A stretch of 60,183 bases of DNA, filler included, from Candidatus Babelota bacterium (lineage in GTDB: Bacteria > JAGOBX01), in the NCBI GenBank assembly GCA_017999075.1. It is 6 parts of 6 records of this genome, joined end to end, with 100 filler letters (N's around TTAATTAATTAA, not from the genome) between each part and the next. Parts side by side here need not be neighbours in the genome. Positions count along the whole stretch, not along the records: positions 20,189 to 30,179 come from JAGOBX010000094.1; positions 30,280 to 40,214 come from JAGOBX010000095.1; positions 40,315 to 50,222 come from JAGOBX010000096.1; 3 more parts are not named here. The stretch is one strand, 5' to 3'. Below the pieces are notes generated by a model. The model did not search any database. It was given only the letters and a program-made list of their open reading frames with translations, and had not been told where the DNA came from. The translations under genes and the position numbers were made by a program. This document shows positions 29,932-40,798 of the stretch, piece after piece (positions within the stretch are counted from its first letter, which is position 1; every line of letters begins with the position of its first letter).

Positions 29932-30179
29932 ATGAAAAGATTATTTTTGGCGGATTATAATTCTTATAAAAAAGCAGTTGCTAAACTAAACTATGCGAAA
30001 CATGAAAATCGTGAAAAAGAAAAATATTCATTATTGTCTGAACTATGCGCTTATAACAGGATTAATACGTTAACGTCTATTTATAATGCAGGTCATGGCT
30101 GGCTTGGCGCTTCATTATCTGTAGCTGAAATTATAACTAATCTTTATTTTGATTGTGCGGATATAAAAACAATAAATTC
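29932..30179 (+). CDS. Transketolase-like protein, N-terminal fragment (contig end)
   Basis: RINTLTSIYNAGHGWLGASLSVAEIITNLY resembles the transketolase N-terminus. Confidence 0.6.
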
Positions 30180-30279
30180 NNNNNNNNNNNNNNNNNNNNN
30201 NNNNNNNNNNNNNNNNNNNNNNNTTAATTAATTAANNNNNNNNNNNNNNNNNNNNNNNNNNNNNNNNNNNNNNNNNNNN

Positions 30280-30526
30280 ATACTGTAATATACAGTTTAA
30301 TGTTATTGAAAAACCCGTATTGTCCTGATAAACTTTTATGAGTTTTTTTTTCTAAAATAAAGATTTTATCAATATGCGGATTATTTTTAAAAAGTTCGTA
30401 ATTATATGGTTTGGTAATTAAAACTATTCTGCTGTCAGGATACTTCTGTTTAAGACTTGAATAAACCATACTATGATTTATCACATCTCCTATCAGTCCC
30501 CAGTCAATTACTAATATTTTAGTCAT
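30280..30526 (-). CDS. GT9 (LPS heptosyltransferase-like) N-terminal fragment
   Basis: KILVI...IGDVI...LKQKYPDSRI...NPHIDKI. Confidence 0.8.
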
Positions 30527-30582
30527 AACAATTTTGATACCCTGTATTTCATTATTGTTTTTTATTCTAAACTATTCAATAG

Positions 30583-31518
30583 TTATTGTTCAATTTTAAT
30601 TTTATCTTTTTCATACAATCGTTCCTTAATATAGCTTTTCCATCGGTTATGCATCCAAAACCATTGATCCGGATATTTTCGAATATTCTGTTCAAGCAAG
30701 TCATTATAACGGCTCATTATTATTTTTACTTTTTCATTTTGGTCAAGATTCTGATTTATATTTTGGTCTATTCTTTCATAAACTATAATTCTATGCCTGT
30801 TGTCATTCATTCTGGCGCTGAAAACAGGTATAACGGCAGCATTGGTTTTTAATGCAAACATTGCAGGACCTGAAGGAGTTGGCAGCGGATAACCGCAAAA
30901 ATTAACAATTATACCGTCCCTGCTGTCAACTGAAATGTCCGCAACAGTAGCGACAGCATAATTCTGTTTTAATCTTTTATAAAGACTTTTCAAAAATGAA
31001 TCTTTATAAAAAAGTTCAACTCCGTTAGATGTTCTTATTTCTTCAAACAAATTAGTTATATATCGGTTTTGCTGTTTTTTTACCAGCGCGCACATTTTTA
31101 ATCCCGACAATTTTAATAAATTGGTAACCAATTCAGGATTATCAAAATGCGCTCCCAATAATACTGCTCCATTACCTTCTTTCAAAGCATTTTCTATTAT
31201 ATGTTTATTTTCTATAAATCCAAAATGTTCATAATTGTTATTATTTAAATCAGGAATAATAAAATATTCAAACGCTGTTTTACATATATTTATATAACTC
31301 TTTTTTATGATATTATCAACTTCATTTTTATGAATGTCTCCAAAAATTCTACGTATATTTTCTGTGATTATCTTTTTTCTGACAGGAACAAAATAATACA
31401 TTATTTTTCCTAATATATCAGCGAAAATATATAAAAAAAATACAGGAATTTTTTTCAGAGTTTTATAAAAAAAAAGTATTATGTAATATTCTGATAAATG
31501 TTTTATTTTTTTTAACAT
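30583..31518 (-). CDS. Lipid A lauroyl/myristoyl acyltransferase family (LpxL-like)
   Basis: GAHFDNPE (HxxxxE), YPDQWFWMHNRWK. Confidence 0.88.
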   Translation of the reverse strand: MLKKIKHLSEYYIILFFYKTLKKIPVFFLYIFADILGKIMYYFVPVRKKIITENIRRIFGDIHKNEVDNIIKKSYINICKTAFEYFIIPDLNNNNYEHFGFIENKHIIENALKEGNGAVLLGAHFDNPELVTNLLKLSGLKMCALVKKQQNRYITNLFEEIRTSNGVELFYKDSFLKSLYKRLKQNYAVATVADISVDSRDGIIVNFCGYPLPTPSGPAMFALKTNAAVIPVFSARMNDNRHRIIVYERIDQNINQNLDQNEKVKIIMSRYNDLLEQNIRKYPDQWFWMHNRWKSYIKERLYEKDKIKIEQ

Positions 31519-32228
31519 TTTCGTGTTAATTCCGGAGGAAATTCAGTTGTGTTATTTATTTTGTAATAATCTGACGGAATACCTATATCAATAAAAAAAT
31601 CATTAAAAACAAGTCCATAAAATTTATGCAATTTCACCAGTTCCGGCAAAATGTCGTTTTCAAGAGAACATTTTTTTTCCGGAATAAAATCTGTAATTTT
31701 TTTGTTAAATAAATATATTCCGCCGTTTATATATTGCTCATCTTTATTTTTTGCCTTTTCAGAAAATTCAATGATTCTGTTATCCTTGTCTAAAACTACA
31801 GAACCATATCGTTCAGCGTTCTGAATTCTAAACAAACTTAAAATACCAAAACAATCATAATCATTTTTCCATTTTAAGATTTTTTCTATATTAACATTAA
31901 AATACGAATCTCCGTTCATAAGTATAAATGAATCAGTTTTTATTAAATGTTCTGCTTGTTTCAAAGCTCCGCCAGTTCCCAGAGGTTCAGTTTCTTCCGA
32001 ATACTCAATATTTATCCCCTGCTTTTTGCCGTCATTAAAATATGTTTTTATTATTTCGGATTTATACCCGGAAGATAAAATTATATCTGTAATTCCCCAG
32101 TGTTTCAGTTGTAATAACAAATATTCCAAAAAAGGTTTTCCTTTAACATCTGCCATAGGTTTAGGAATTTCATTTACCACGCTTCTTAATCTTGTGCCTG
32201 CTCCGCCAACTAAAATAATTGCCTGCAT
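31512..32228 (-). CDS. hddC: D-glycero-alpha-D-manno-heptose-1-phosphate guanylyltransferase-like nucleotidyltransferase
   Basis: GGAGTRLRSVV..PKPMA, EPLGTGGA, NGDSY, FIDIGIPSDY; same cluster as the HddA-like kinase. Confidence 0.75.
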   Translation of the reverse strand: MQAIILVGGAGTRLRSVVNEIPKPMADVKGKPFLEYLLLQLKHWGITDIILSSGYKSEIIKTYFNDGKKQGINIEYSEETEPLGTGGALKQAEHLIKTDSFILMNGDSYFNVNIEKILKWKNDYDCFGILSLFRIQNAERYGSVVLDKDNRIIEFSEKAKNKDEQYINGGIYLFNKKITDFIPEKKCSLENDILPELVKLHKFYGLVFNDFFIDIGIPSDYYKINNTTEFPPELTRKC

Positions 32229-32260
32229 AAAAAAGTTTCCTGAATTTTTTATTATATACC

Positions 32261-32395
32261 CGTTTCCAAAATTATTTATATATTCTTTTACAAAATAAAC
32301 TTATTGTTGATCAATATATAAATTTTGTAAAGAATGGCACAACTGCCAGAATGGCAGAACTGCCAGAATGGCAGAACTGCCATTTGGAAACATTC
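32261..32395. mobile_element. MITE-like repeat, copy 2, with three copies of the 17-bp hairpin unit
   Basis: GTTTCCAAAAT...ATATAAATTTTGTAA (AGAATGGCASAACTGCC)x3 ATTTGGAAACATTC. Confidence 0.7.
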
Positions 32396-32398
32396 TCA

Positions 32399-33598
32399 TT
32401 ATCTGTGTTTTTTTATAAAATCATTTATTACATTTAATACATAATCGCATTCTGGTTTTCCAAGATCCTGATGAACTCCTATATGAATTCCATTGTGCCC
32501 CATATATTCAGCATTCGGAAATTCGCCGTATTTATATCCTAAGTTTTTAAATCCTTCACATTGCGTAGGCATTGACAAAAACAGACTTCGCGTATCAATG
32601 CCGTTTTTCTCAAGATAATCAGTTAATTGATTTCTTGAAAAATTTGCCGACTCCTGAACTATTATCGGTAATGCGTGAGGTCCGATTTCTTCATATTCTT
32701 CTTTTGTTATGGTTTTTAGATTTGGAGAAAATTGTTTGAAATTTTCCATTAAATAATAAAGATTTGCTCTTCTTTTTTCAAGAATTTGATAATAATTTTC
32801 CAATGCTCCTAAACCTATGGCAGCTTCAAGTTCGTTCATTTTAGAAGAATATCCGACTCTTTCAAACATAAACCTTATATCCATATTTTCCGCATAACTG
32901 AAACGTTTAGTGCAATAACCTGAACTGACATTTAAAACGCATTTTTTACATTTGCACGCTCTGCCGTGACACCTTAATGATAAAAGTATTTCAGCAAAAT
33001 CAGCGTTATTAGTTGTAACTATACCGCCTTCTCCTGTGGTAATTATATGGGCAATATAAAGTGAAAAAGCGCCTATATCCGCCAAATTGCCCGCAGGTTT
33101 TCCTTTGTAATATGTTCCGTGAGCTTCGGCCGCATCTTCTATCACATATAACTTATATTTTTTTGCAATTTCATTGATTTTATCCATATCTGCAGGTTTC
33201 CCCATAAGATGAACAGGCATAATAGCTTTTGTTTTAGAAGTAATTTTTTCTTCAATTTTCGACGCATTTATATTCAATGTATCTCTTTCAATATCTACAA
33301 ACACCGGCGTAAATCCCGCATGAAGCACAGCATTGCCGGTCGCTACAAAAGAAAGTGAGGGTACAATAATTTCATCTCCTCTTTTCGCTCCAAAATCATA
33401 TAAAACAGACATAGCAAGAATATCAGCGTCAGTACCGCTGCTGACAGCAACAGCCTCTTTAACTCCAAGAAGTTCGGCAAATTTTTCTTCAAATTCACGA
33501 ACATATTTTCCGTTTGATATACGGTTGCTGTCCAATGCTTCATTAATCAATTTTTTTGCTTTTTCAGTTATAGTTATTGTACCAAAAGGTATTCTCAT
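32399..33598 (-). CDS. DegT/DnrJ-fold enzyme with His in place of the catalytic Lys (E1/ColD-like NDP-4-keto-6-deoxysugar 3-dehydratase)
   Basis: EDAAEAHG, FSLYIAHIITTGEGG, Cys cluster GRACKCKKC...C. Confidence 0.8.
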   Translation of the reverse strand: MRIPFGTITITEKAKKLINEALDSNRISNGKYVREFEEKFAELLGVKEAVAVSSGTDADILAMSVLYDFGAKRGDEIIVPSLSFVATGNAVLHAGFTPVFVDIERDTLNINASKIEEKITSKTKAIMPVHLMGKPADMDKINEIAKKYKLYVIEDAAEAHGTYYKGKPAGNLADIGAFSLYIAHIITTGEGGIVTTNNADFAEILLSLRCHGRACKCKKCVLNVSSGYCTKRFSYAENMDIRFMFERVGYSSKMNELEAAIGLGALENYYQILEKRRANLYYLMENFKQFSPNLKTITKEEYEEIGPHALPIIVQESANFSRNQLTDYLEKNGIDTRSLFLSMPTQCEGFKNLGYKYGEFPNAEYMGHNGIHIGVHQDLGKPECDYVLNVINDFIKKHR

Positions 33599-34596
33599 AT
33601 TTCAATTTCACTTCCTTTATAATAAATTATCTGACTTCCCATTGATTCGAAATTAAACGGGATGTATAATAAATCTTTAAGAGCTTCCATTATTCTGTTT
33701 CTATTTTCTTCAGGAACAAAAAATAATATAAATCCACCGCCTCCAGCTCCAAGTATTTTTCCTCCCAAAGCTCCGTTTTTCATTCCCTTTTCATATATAT
33801 TATCAATGAATGTGGTGCTGACTTTGTCTGATAAACTTTTTTTCAATTTCCAGCTTTCATTAAGCAGTTTGCCGAAATCATGGAGATGTTCAATATCCTG
33901 ATTCAGTATTTTTATTGATTCTTCAACCATACCGCATAACTCGCTGTATTCTTTTGTCTTTTGAGTTATACTGTTTATTTTGTCTTTTTCAATTTCATCC
34001 GCAAACCTCGTGAACCCAGTAAAAAATAACATAAGATGGTTTTGAAGATTATTAATTTTTTTCAATGAAATTGTTACAGGTTTCACGTCTATAAGATGAT
34101 TACCTGAAAAAGTTATTTTATTAAAACCTCCAAATGCAGCTGCAACCTGGTCCTGAGAGCCTACGTTTTCTTTTATAAGTTCCTGTTCAACGTGTATTGC
34201 ATCCAGAGCAAGTTTCATTTTACTTATAATCTTACCCTGCAGCCCGTATAAGGCATTTAATAAACCTACTGTAAAAGCAGAACTCGAACCTAAACCTGTA
34301 CGCGCCGGCAGATCTCCGTCATGATGAAGTTCTATTCCATTGTTTATCCTCATAAATTTAAAGGTTTCCTTTACAGAAGGATGTTTAATATCATTTATGT
34401 CATTTATCAATTCTATTTTAGAATATACTATCCTGTGTTTATAATCAAAAAATTGCGGCAAACTTCTGCACGTTATATAGCAATATTTATCAATCGTAGT
34501 TGACAATACAGCTCCGCAATTTTCTTTATACCAGCAAGGCAAGTCTGACCCGCCGCCGAAAAATGAAATTCTGAACGGTGTTTTAGTTATTATCAT
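33595..34596 (-). CDS. hddA: D-glycero-alpha-D-manno-heptose-7-phosphate kinase-like GHMP kinase
   Basis: TPFRISFFGGGSD, PARTGLGSSS, GSQDQ, GGKILGAGGGGF. Confidence 0.8.
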   Translation of the reverse strand: MIITKTPFRISFFGGGSDLPCWYKENCGAVLSTTIDKYCYITCRSLPQFFDYKHRIVYSKIELINDINDIKHPSVKETFKFMRINNGIELHHDGDLPARTGLGSSSAFTVGLLNALYGLQGKIISKMKLALDAIHVEQELIKENVGSQDQVAAAFGGFNKITFSGNHLIDVKPVTISLKKINNLQNHLMLFFTGFTRFADEIEKDKINSITQKTKEYSELCGMVEESIKILNQDIEHLHDFGKLLNESWKLKKSLSDKVSTTFIDNIYEKGMKNGALGGKILGAGGGGFILFFVPEENRNRIMEALKDLLYIPFNFESMGSQIIYYKGSEIEI

Positions 34597-35506
34597 ATTT
34601 TTGGGTATCCTTATTTTTTAAAAACCAGTTGTAAGTATTTTTAATTCCTTGTTCAAGGCTTGTAGCTGCCGACCATCCTGATTTATTTATTTTTTCCGTG
34701 TTCAATACTTTTACTTTCATCCCATCAGGTTTTTCCGCATCAAAAATTAATTTTCCTTTGAATTCTACAGCTTTTTTAACTGTTTCCGCTATTTCACTAA
34801 TAGTATTTCCATTACCTGAACCAATATTTATTTCATTGAAAACACAAGAATTTTCAATTAAAAATTTCACAGCCTTTGCAAAATCGTAAGCATATAAAAA
34901 ATCCCTGACAGGAGAACCTGTTCCCCAAACAGTCACTTCATTGTCACTATTAATTTTAGCGTTATGAAACCTTATGATAAGTGAACTTATCACATGCGCT
35001 GATTCAGGATTAAAATCATCGTATTCCCCAAACAAATTCGCAGGTATCAATGTAATATACTTTTTTTTATACTGCATTGAAATAGCCTTGCACATCTGCC
35101 ATCCGCAAATTTTAGAAGTCGCATATCCGGAATTGGTTTCTTCAAGAGGCCCTGTAAACAAATCGTTTTCACAAAGTTTGCGACTATAATTTTTCGGATA
35201 CATGCACGAACTTCCTATAAAAAATAAATGGTTAATGCCGTTATCTAAAGCTGTTTTAATAACATTAGTCTGAACGATATTATTCGAAATAATCAAATCT
35301 GCCGGTTTTTCGATATTAAGTTTGATTCCGCCGCTGAATGGGGAATGTAAGATAATTAAATCAGGTTTACTGATTTTTATAATTTTCTCCGTTTCATTTA
35401 ATTTTAAATAGTCTGTTTCATCAGTAATAAGTTTATATTGTTCCGATAATGTTTCGATTAAAATTTTGCTTAAAAATGATTCGGGATATGTAATTAATAT
35501 TTTCAT
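34583..35506 (-). CDS. GDP-L-fucose synthase-family epimerase/reductase (degenerate N-terminal Gly motif)
   Basis: GSSCMYP, YATSK, HVISSLI, WGTGSPVRDFLY, KPDG. Confidence 0.85.
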   Translation of the reverse strand: MKILITYPESFLSKILIETLSEQYKLITDETDYLKLNETEKIIKISKPDLIILHSPFSGGIKLNIEKPADLIISNNIVQTNVIKTALDNGINHLFFIGSSCMYPKNYSRKLCENDLFTGPLEETNSGYATSKICGWQMCKAISMQYKKKYITLIPANLFGEYDDFNPESAHVISSLIIRFHNAKINSDNEVTVWGTGSPVRDFLYAYDFAKAVKFLIENSCVFNEINIGSGNGNTISEIAETVKKAVEFKGKLIFDAEKPDGMKVKVLNTEKINKSGWSAATSLEQGIKNTYNWFLKNKDTQKYDNN

Positions 35507-35511
35507 AATTT

Positions 35512-36465
35512 TTATATATTAGATTTTATAATTTTTTTTAAGCTTTCAATATCAAGTCCCTGGAGTGAATGAAGGTATTCTCTGTCTCCATTTTCAAAAA
35601 CAAATCTATCTTTAAAACCCAATCGTATTAATTTTATTTCAAATTTATTATCATCTATAATATTTGAAGCAATTGAATCAAGTCCGCCTCTATTTACAAA
35701 AGATTCTTCTAAGCTAATTATACACTTATATTTCTTTATTGTTTCAGAAAGCAGCCCTTCATTAAATCCAGATAGTAAAAACATATCTATAACGCCTGTA
35801 TCAATATTTTCTTTTTTCAAATCATTAACAACTTCAACTGCTTTTTGAGTCATATACCCGGTTGACAGAATACATACTCCGTTTCCTTTAATCAGTTCAC
35901 AGAACCCGTTTTCTATTTTTATATCATCTTCAGGTTTATATATATCAGGTAATATTTTACTGTCAAACCTTATATATTTAGGAGAATTTTCATTAAGCGA
36001 ATATTTAAAAAATTTCTGCGTTAAAATAGAATCACTCGGCGAAAAAATTTTCAAATGCGGAAGCAGTCTCATAGATGTTATATCTTCAAGGCAATGATGG
36101 GTGGGTCCTGATAATACGTAACTTATTCCTGTTCCAACTCCAACCAGATTTACATTCATTGTTTTCAGCTGCGACATCAAAGAAATATTTGTCCGGATCT
36201 GTTCGTACGCGCGCATAGTCAAAAATGCGGAAATAGCATATGCGTAAACCTTATATCCTTCCAAAGCAAAACCCGCTGCGATATTAACAAGATTCTGTTC
36301 AGCGATTCCTACATTTATAAAATTATCCGGAAAATCTTTCCTTATTCTGTCAAGAATAGGAGCGCCGAAATCTGCTGACAGTAAAATTATTTTATCATTT
36401 GTATTTAATTCGTTATAGATCTCTTTCAATAGAGAATCTCTCATCGCACTTGATTTTTCAAACAT
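35512..36465 (-). CDS. Transketolase-like C-terminal (pyrimidine-binding) subunit
   Basis: NVGIAEQN, RAYEQIR, GPTHHCLED. Confidence 0.88.
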   Translation of the reverse strand: MFEKSSAMRDSLLKEIYNELNTNDKIILLSADFGAPILDRIRKDFPDNFINVGIAEQNLVNIAAGFALEGYKVYAYAISAFLTMRAYEQIRTNISLMSQLKTMNVNLVGVGTGISYVLSGPTHHCLEDITSMRLLPHLKIFSPSDSILTQKFFKYSLNENSPKYIRFDSKILPDIYKPEDDIKIENGFCELIKGNGVCILSTGYMTQKAVEVVNDLKKENIDTGVIDMFLLSGFNEGLLSETIKKYKCIISLEESFVNRGGLDSIASNIIDDNKFEIKLIRLGFKDRFVFENGDREYLHSLQGLDIESLKKIIKSNI

Positions 36466-37284
36466 TTATTTTAACTCCATTATTATTTTTTCTACCTGTT
36501 CTTTAGTTAAAGATTTAATATGACATAAACTGTCAGTTTCAAGCGAATTAACGCCTTTTCCTTTTATTGTATCCGCTATAATAACTTTAGGTTTATTTAT
36601 ACGGCTTTCTTTTAATTCAGACAAAGTATCACATACTTCCCTTATATCGTGCCCGTTTATTCTGCGTGCATACCATTTAAATGATTCAAATTTTTGTTCC
36701 AATGGTTCTAAATCAATTATATTTTTACAATAATCAAGCATTGAAACTTTATTATTATCAATAATAAAAATAAGATTATCAATTTTATGATGCCCTGCAA
36801 ACATTACAGCTTCCCATACTGATCCTTCAAATAACTCTCCATCTCCTGAAAGAGTAAAAACTGACGCAGATTTTTTCTTTTTTTTCAAAGCTAATGCTAT
36901 GCCTGCTGATGTTCCTAATCCCAAACCCAATGAACCATTAGTAGTTTCGAATCCCGGAATATTGCAATCAGGTATACCTCCAAGCAAAGCGTCTTTCATA
37001 CAGATTCTTTCCAATTCCCGTTTATCAAAAAAACCCAAATCAGCAAGAACAGGATATAAAGAAATAGACCCGTGGCCTTTGCTTATAACAAACCTGTCAC
37101 GGTCATCCCAAAAAATATTTTCAGGATCATAACTTAATATTTTACCATAATATAACGATATAAAAATTTCGATTGGAGATAATGAAGAAGCTATTCGAGT
37201 TTCAGGAGCGATTCCATGCAGCTTTAAAGTTTCTTTTCTAAGCCACAATGATTTTTTTTTTAATAAATCATAATCAAATTTCAT
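36466..37284 (-). CDS. Transketolase-like N-terminal (ThDP-binding) subunit
   Basis: RDRFVISKGH, GSLGLGL, GDGELFEGSVWEA...N, TIKGKG. Confidence 0.88.
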   Translation of the reverse strand: MKFDYDLLKKKSLWLRKETLKLHGIAPETRIASSLSPIEIFISLYYGKILSYDPENIFWDDRDRFVISKGHGSISLYPVLADLGFFDKRELERICMKDALLGGIPDCNIPGFETTNGSLGLGLGTSAGIALALKKKKKSASVFTLSGDGELFEGSVWEAVMFAGHHKIDNLIFIIDNNKVSMLDYCKNIIDLEPLEQKFESFKWYARRINGHDIREVCDTLSELKESRINKPKVIIADTIKGKGVNSLETDSLCHIKSLTKEQVEKIIMELK

Positions 37285-38773
37285 TAAATAATTTCCTTTT
37301 TAATTTAATTTTTGTCATCCTCTGAATATGTTCAACAACTTTTTTACCGAACTTTAATTGAATCATATCTGTATATTTATCATTAAGAAAATAATTATCG
37401 AACGATTCATCACGAAATCTTAAAATTTCTTCAGGTGATAAATATTTTGAAGGAAGAGGTTTGGTTTCAAAACTATGCTGTGAATACCCGTTCCATGAAT
37501 CAGGCAGCAACTCAGGTTTTTCAGAATAAAATTCATAAAGTTTTGATCCGGGATATGCCATAACAGAATAAAAATTTATAAACTCACAATTTAAATCCAA
37601 TGCAAGCTGATATGTTTTTCTCAATGTAGTCATATCATCTTCAGGCAAACCAAACATAAAATTTCCTATAACATATATATCATTAGATTTTATCATATCT
37701 ACTACTGATTTTATATCAATTGTTATTTTTTTCCCTACATTATCCCTTACTTTAGGTTCTGCCGATTCAATTCCCAAAGCTATCCAGTTTATTCCTGCTT
37801 TCTTCATTTTTTTTAATAAAACCGGTTTTATCGTATCGATTCTTCCATAAACCCAGATATTCAAATCATATTTACGTTCAATAATTAAATCACAGAACAA
37901 TTCAACACGTTCCGCCGATAATACAAACAATTCATCAGCAAACCTTATATTTCTAATATTGTGTTTTTTAACTAGAATGTCTATCCATGATACAACTTTT
38001 TCTATACTCCATTTTTTTATCCCAGGCTTTCCGTAAACCGCATTAATGCAGCAATACGAACAGCTATATGGACATCCCAAAGAACTGTATATAGAAACAT
38101 ATGGAGAGCGGACATCAGAAAAATCAAGTAATTTGCTTTGTTCAAAATATTGAAAACAATGCCAGTTATGCGCTCTATAATTTTTTAATGGAGGAAGCAG
38201 GTCCCATGCATACCCCGGCAATTCTTCATCGAGTTCTTTTTTTATATCATCTGATTTAAATGTAAATTCCATATTGCCGTTTTTTTTATAATATAAATCA
38301 GGTATTTGATCTATTGTTTTTTTACCTTTAAAATAATTTATTATTCCAATTACAGCAAATATACCGTTTCCTGAAATTATATAGTCTGTTTTTGTTTCTT
38401 GAAAACTTATTTCAGGTAATGCAGATGGATGCGTTCCTCCAAGAGCTATAGGTATGTTCTTATCATAATTTTTTATATCATTAATTGTTCTTATGGCCGC
38501 AGGCATTGTTTGAGTCGAGGCTGACGGATGGTTCCCGAAACTTAATACCACAATAAATTCAGGATTAAACCTTTCCAAAATAATTTTTATATCAGCAGAA
38601 TCCCATCCTTCAACATTAGAATCATATATCCCGGCAGAATATCCGAAATTTCTGATTTTCTCAGCCATTAATAATATCCATACCGGTGTATCAATTCCGC
38701 TGAACTCATCAGCAAGTTTCTGATAAGTTTTTTTCTGATTGCCTGGATTTATAAATAAAACGTCTGTTTTCAT
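37274..38773 (-). CDS. Cobalamin-binding radical SAM protein
   Basis: GGTHPS B12 domain; GCPYSCSYC CxxxCxxC; GIES; FGLP. Confidence 0.9.
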   Translation of the reverse strand: MKTDVLFINPGNQKKTYQKLADEFSGIDTPVWILLMAEKIRNFGYSAGIYDSNVEGWDSADIKIILERFNPEFIVVLSFGNHPSASTQTMPAAIRTINDIKNYDKNIPIALGGTHPSALPEISFQETKTDYIISGNGIFAVIGIINYFKGKKTIDQIPDLYYKKNGNMEFTFKSDDIKKELDEELPGYAWDLLPPLKNYRAHNWHCFQYFEQSKLLDFSDVRSPYVSIYSSLGCPYSCSYCCINAVYGKPGIKKWSIEKVVSWIDILVKKHNIRNIRFADELFVLSAERVELFCDLIIERKYDLNIWVYGRIDTIKPVLLKKMKKAGINWIALGIESAEPKVRDNVGKKITIDIKSVVDMIKSNDIYVIGNFMFGLPEDDMTTLRKTYQLALDLNCEFINFYSVMAYPGSKLYEFYSEKPELLPDSWNGYSQHSFETKPLPSKYLSPEEILRFRDESFDNYFLNDKYTDMIQLKFGKKVVEHIQRMTKIKLKRKLFNEI

Positions 38774-38797
38774 CAGTTCAGCAAAAATAGAATGTAA

Positions 38798-39784
<987 letters not shown>

Positions 39785-39802
39785 TTAAATAAGATTTATT
39801 TC

Positions 39803-40213
39803 CTAATTATTTATTATTTTTTTATACCATTCTATCGTTTTTTTCAAACCTTCCTCAAAATCAGTCTGTGCTTCAAATCCAAAGTATTCTTTTGCTTTCC
39901 TTACATCAAGACAACGCCTCGGTTGACCATTTGGTTTGGTTTTATCCCAAACAATTTTTCCTCTATAATCAATCAATTCTTTAACTGTTTCAACTAATTT
40001 TTTTATACTGATTTCTCTGCCTACCCCTATATTTACAGGTTCGCTGTTGTTGTATAAATTTGCTGAAAGAATTATAGCTTCAGCAGCATCTTCAACATAA
40101 AGAAACTCTCTGCTTGCACTGCCGTCTCCCCATACTATTACCTTGTCTTCATTGTTTTGTTTAGCAGTGAAAAATTTTGTTATTAAAGCAGGAATTACAT
40201 GCGAAGAACCAGG
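39803..40213 (-). CDS. fcl: GDP-L-fucose synthase-family protein, C-terminal fragment (5' cut by contig edge)
   Basis: Manual translation: SSHVIPALI...VWGDGSASREFLYVEDAA...PVNIGVG...KPNGQPRRCLDV...GLKKTIEWY. Confidence 0.85.
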   Translation of the reverse strand, partial: PGSSHVIPALITKFFTAKQNNEDKVIVWGDGSASREFLYVEDAAEAIILSANLYNNSEPVNIGVGREISIKKLVETVKELIDYRGKIVWDKTKPNGQPRRCLDVRKAKEYFGFEAQTDFEEGLKKTIEWYKKIINN

Positions 40214-40314
40214 TNNNNNNNNNNNNNNNNNNNNNNNNNNNNNNNNNNNNNNNNNNNNTTAATTAATTAANNNNNNNNNNNNNNNNNNNNNNNNNNNNNN
40301 NNNNNNNNNNNNNN

Positions 40315-40783
40315 GAATAATCTGGGCTTTTTGAATAACATTTTTCATATCGCCATTATATTTTTTTACAAGTTCCTGATAACGCGCCGCTAATGAATTA
40401 TATTTTGATGTAAGTGACTTTATGTTGCTGAACGCATTCTGAAAATTTGCCTGCAGTGTTTTAGTCAAATTTTCAAGGTTTCCGAATGCTCCTGCCGCAT
40501 CAACACTAACAGGCGCTTCCAATGACTGAAACTCAGACTGTCCTAAATTTTCTTCTTTAAAAACATCTATTTCAGGTATATTGAATGATTCCTGGGGTTT
40601 TAAAGTATCCTGTGCAGAGAATGATGATGATTGCTGCTGAACCAAAACATTTTTTTCTTCACTCATCGATGCAGTTGGTTTTGCCGGTTCATCAATATCA
40701 ATATCAGGCAAAGGCAATCGTGCGGCTGATAAATTCACAGCTGCCGCAAAAATTAAAATTGTCAACAAATAAACTTTTTTCAT
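40315..40783 (-). CDS. Secreted hypothetical protein with coiled coil (truncated)
   Basis: MKKVYLLTILIFAAAVNLSA signal peptide; GGAGG RBS. Confidence 0.65.
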
Positions 40784-40798
40784 AAAAAAAACCCTCCG

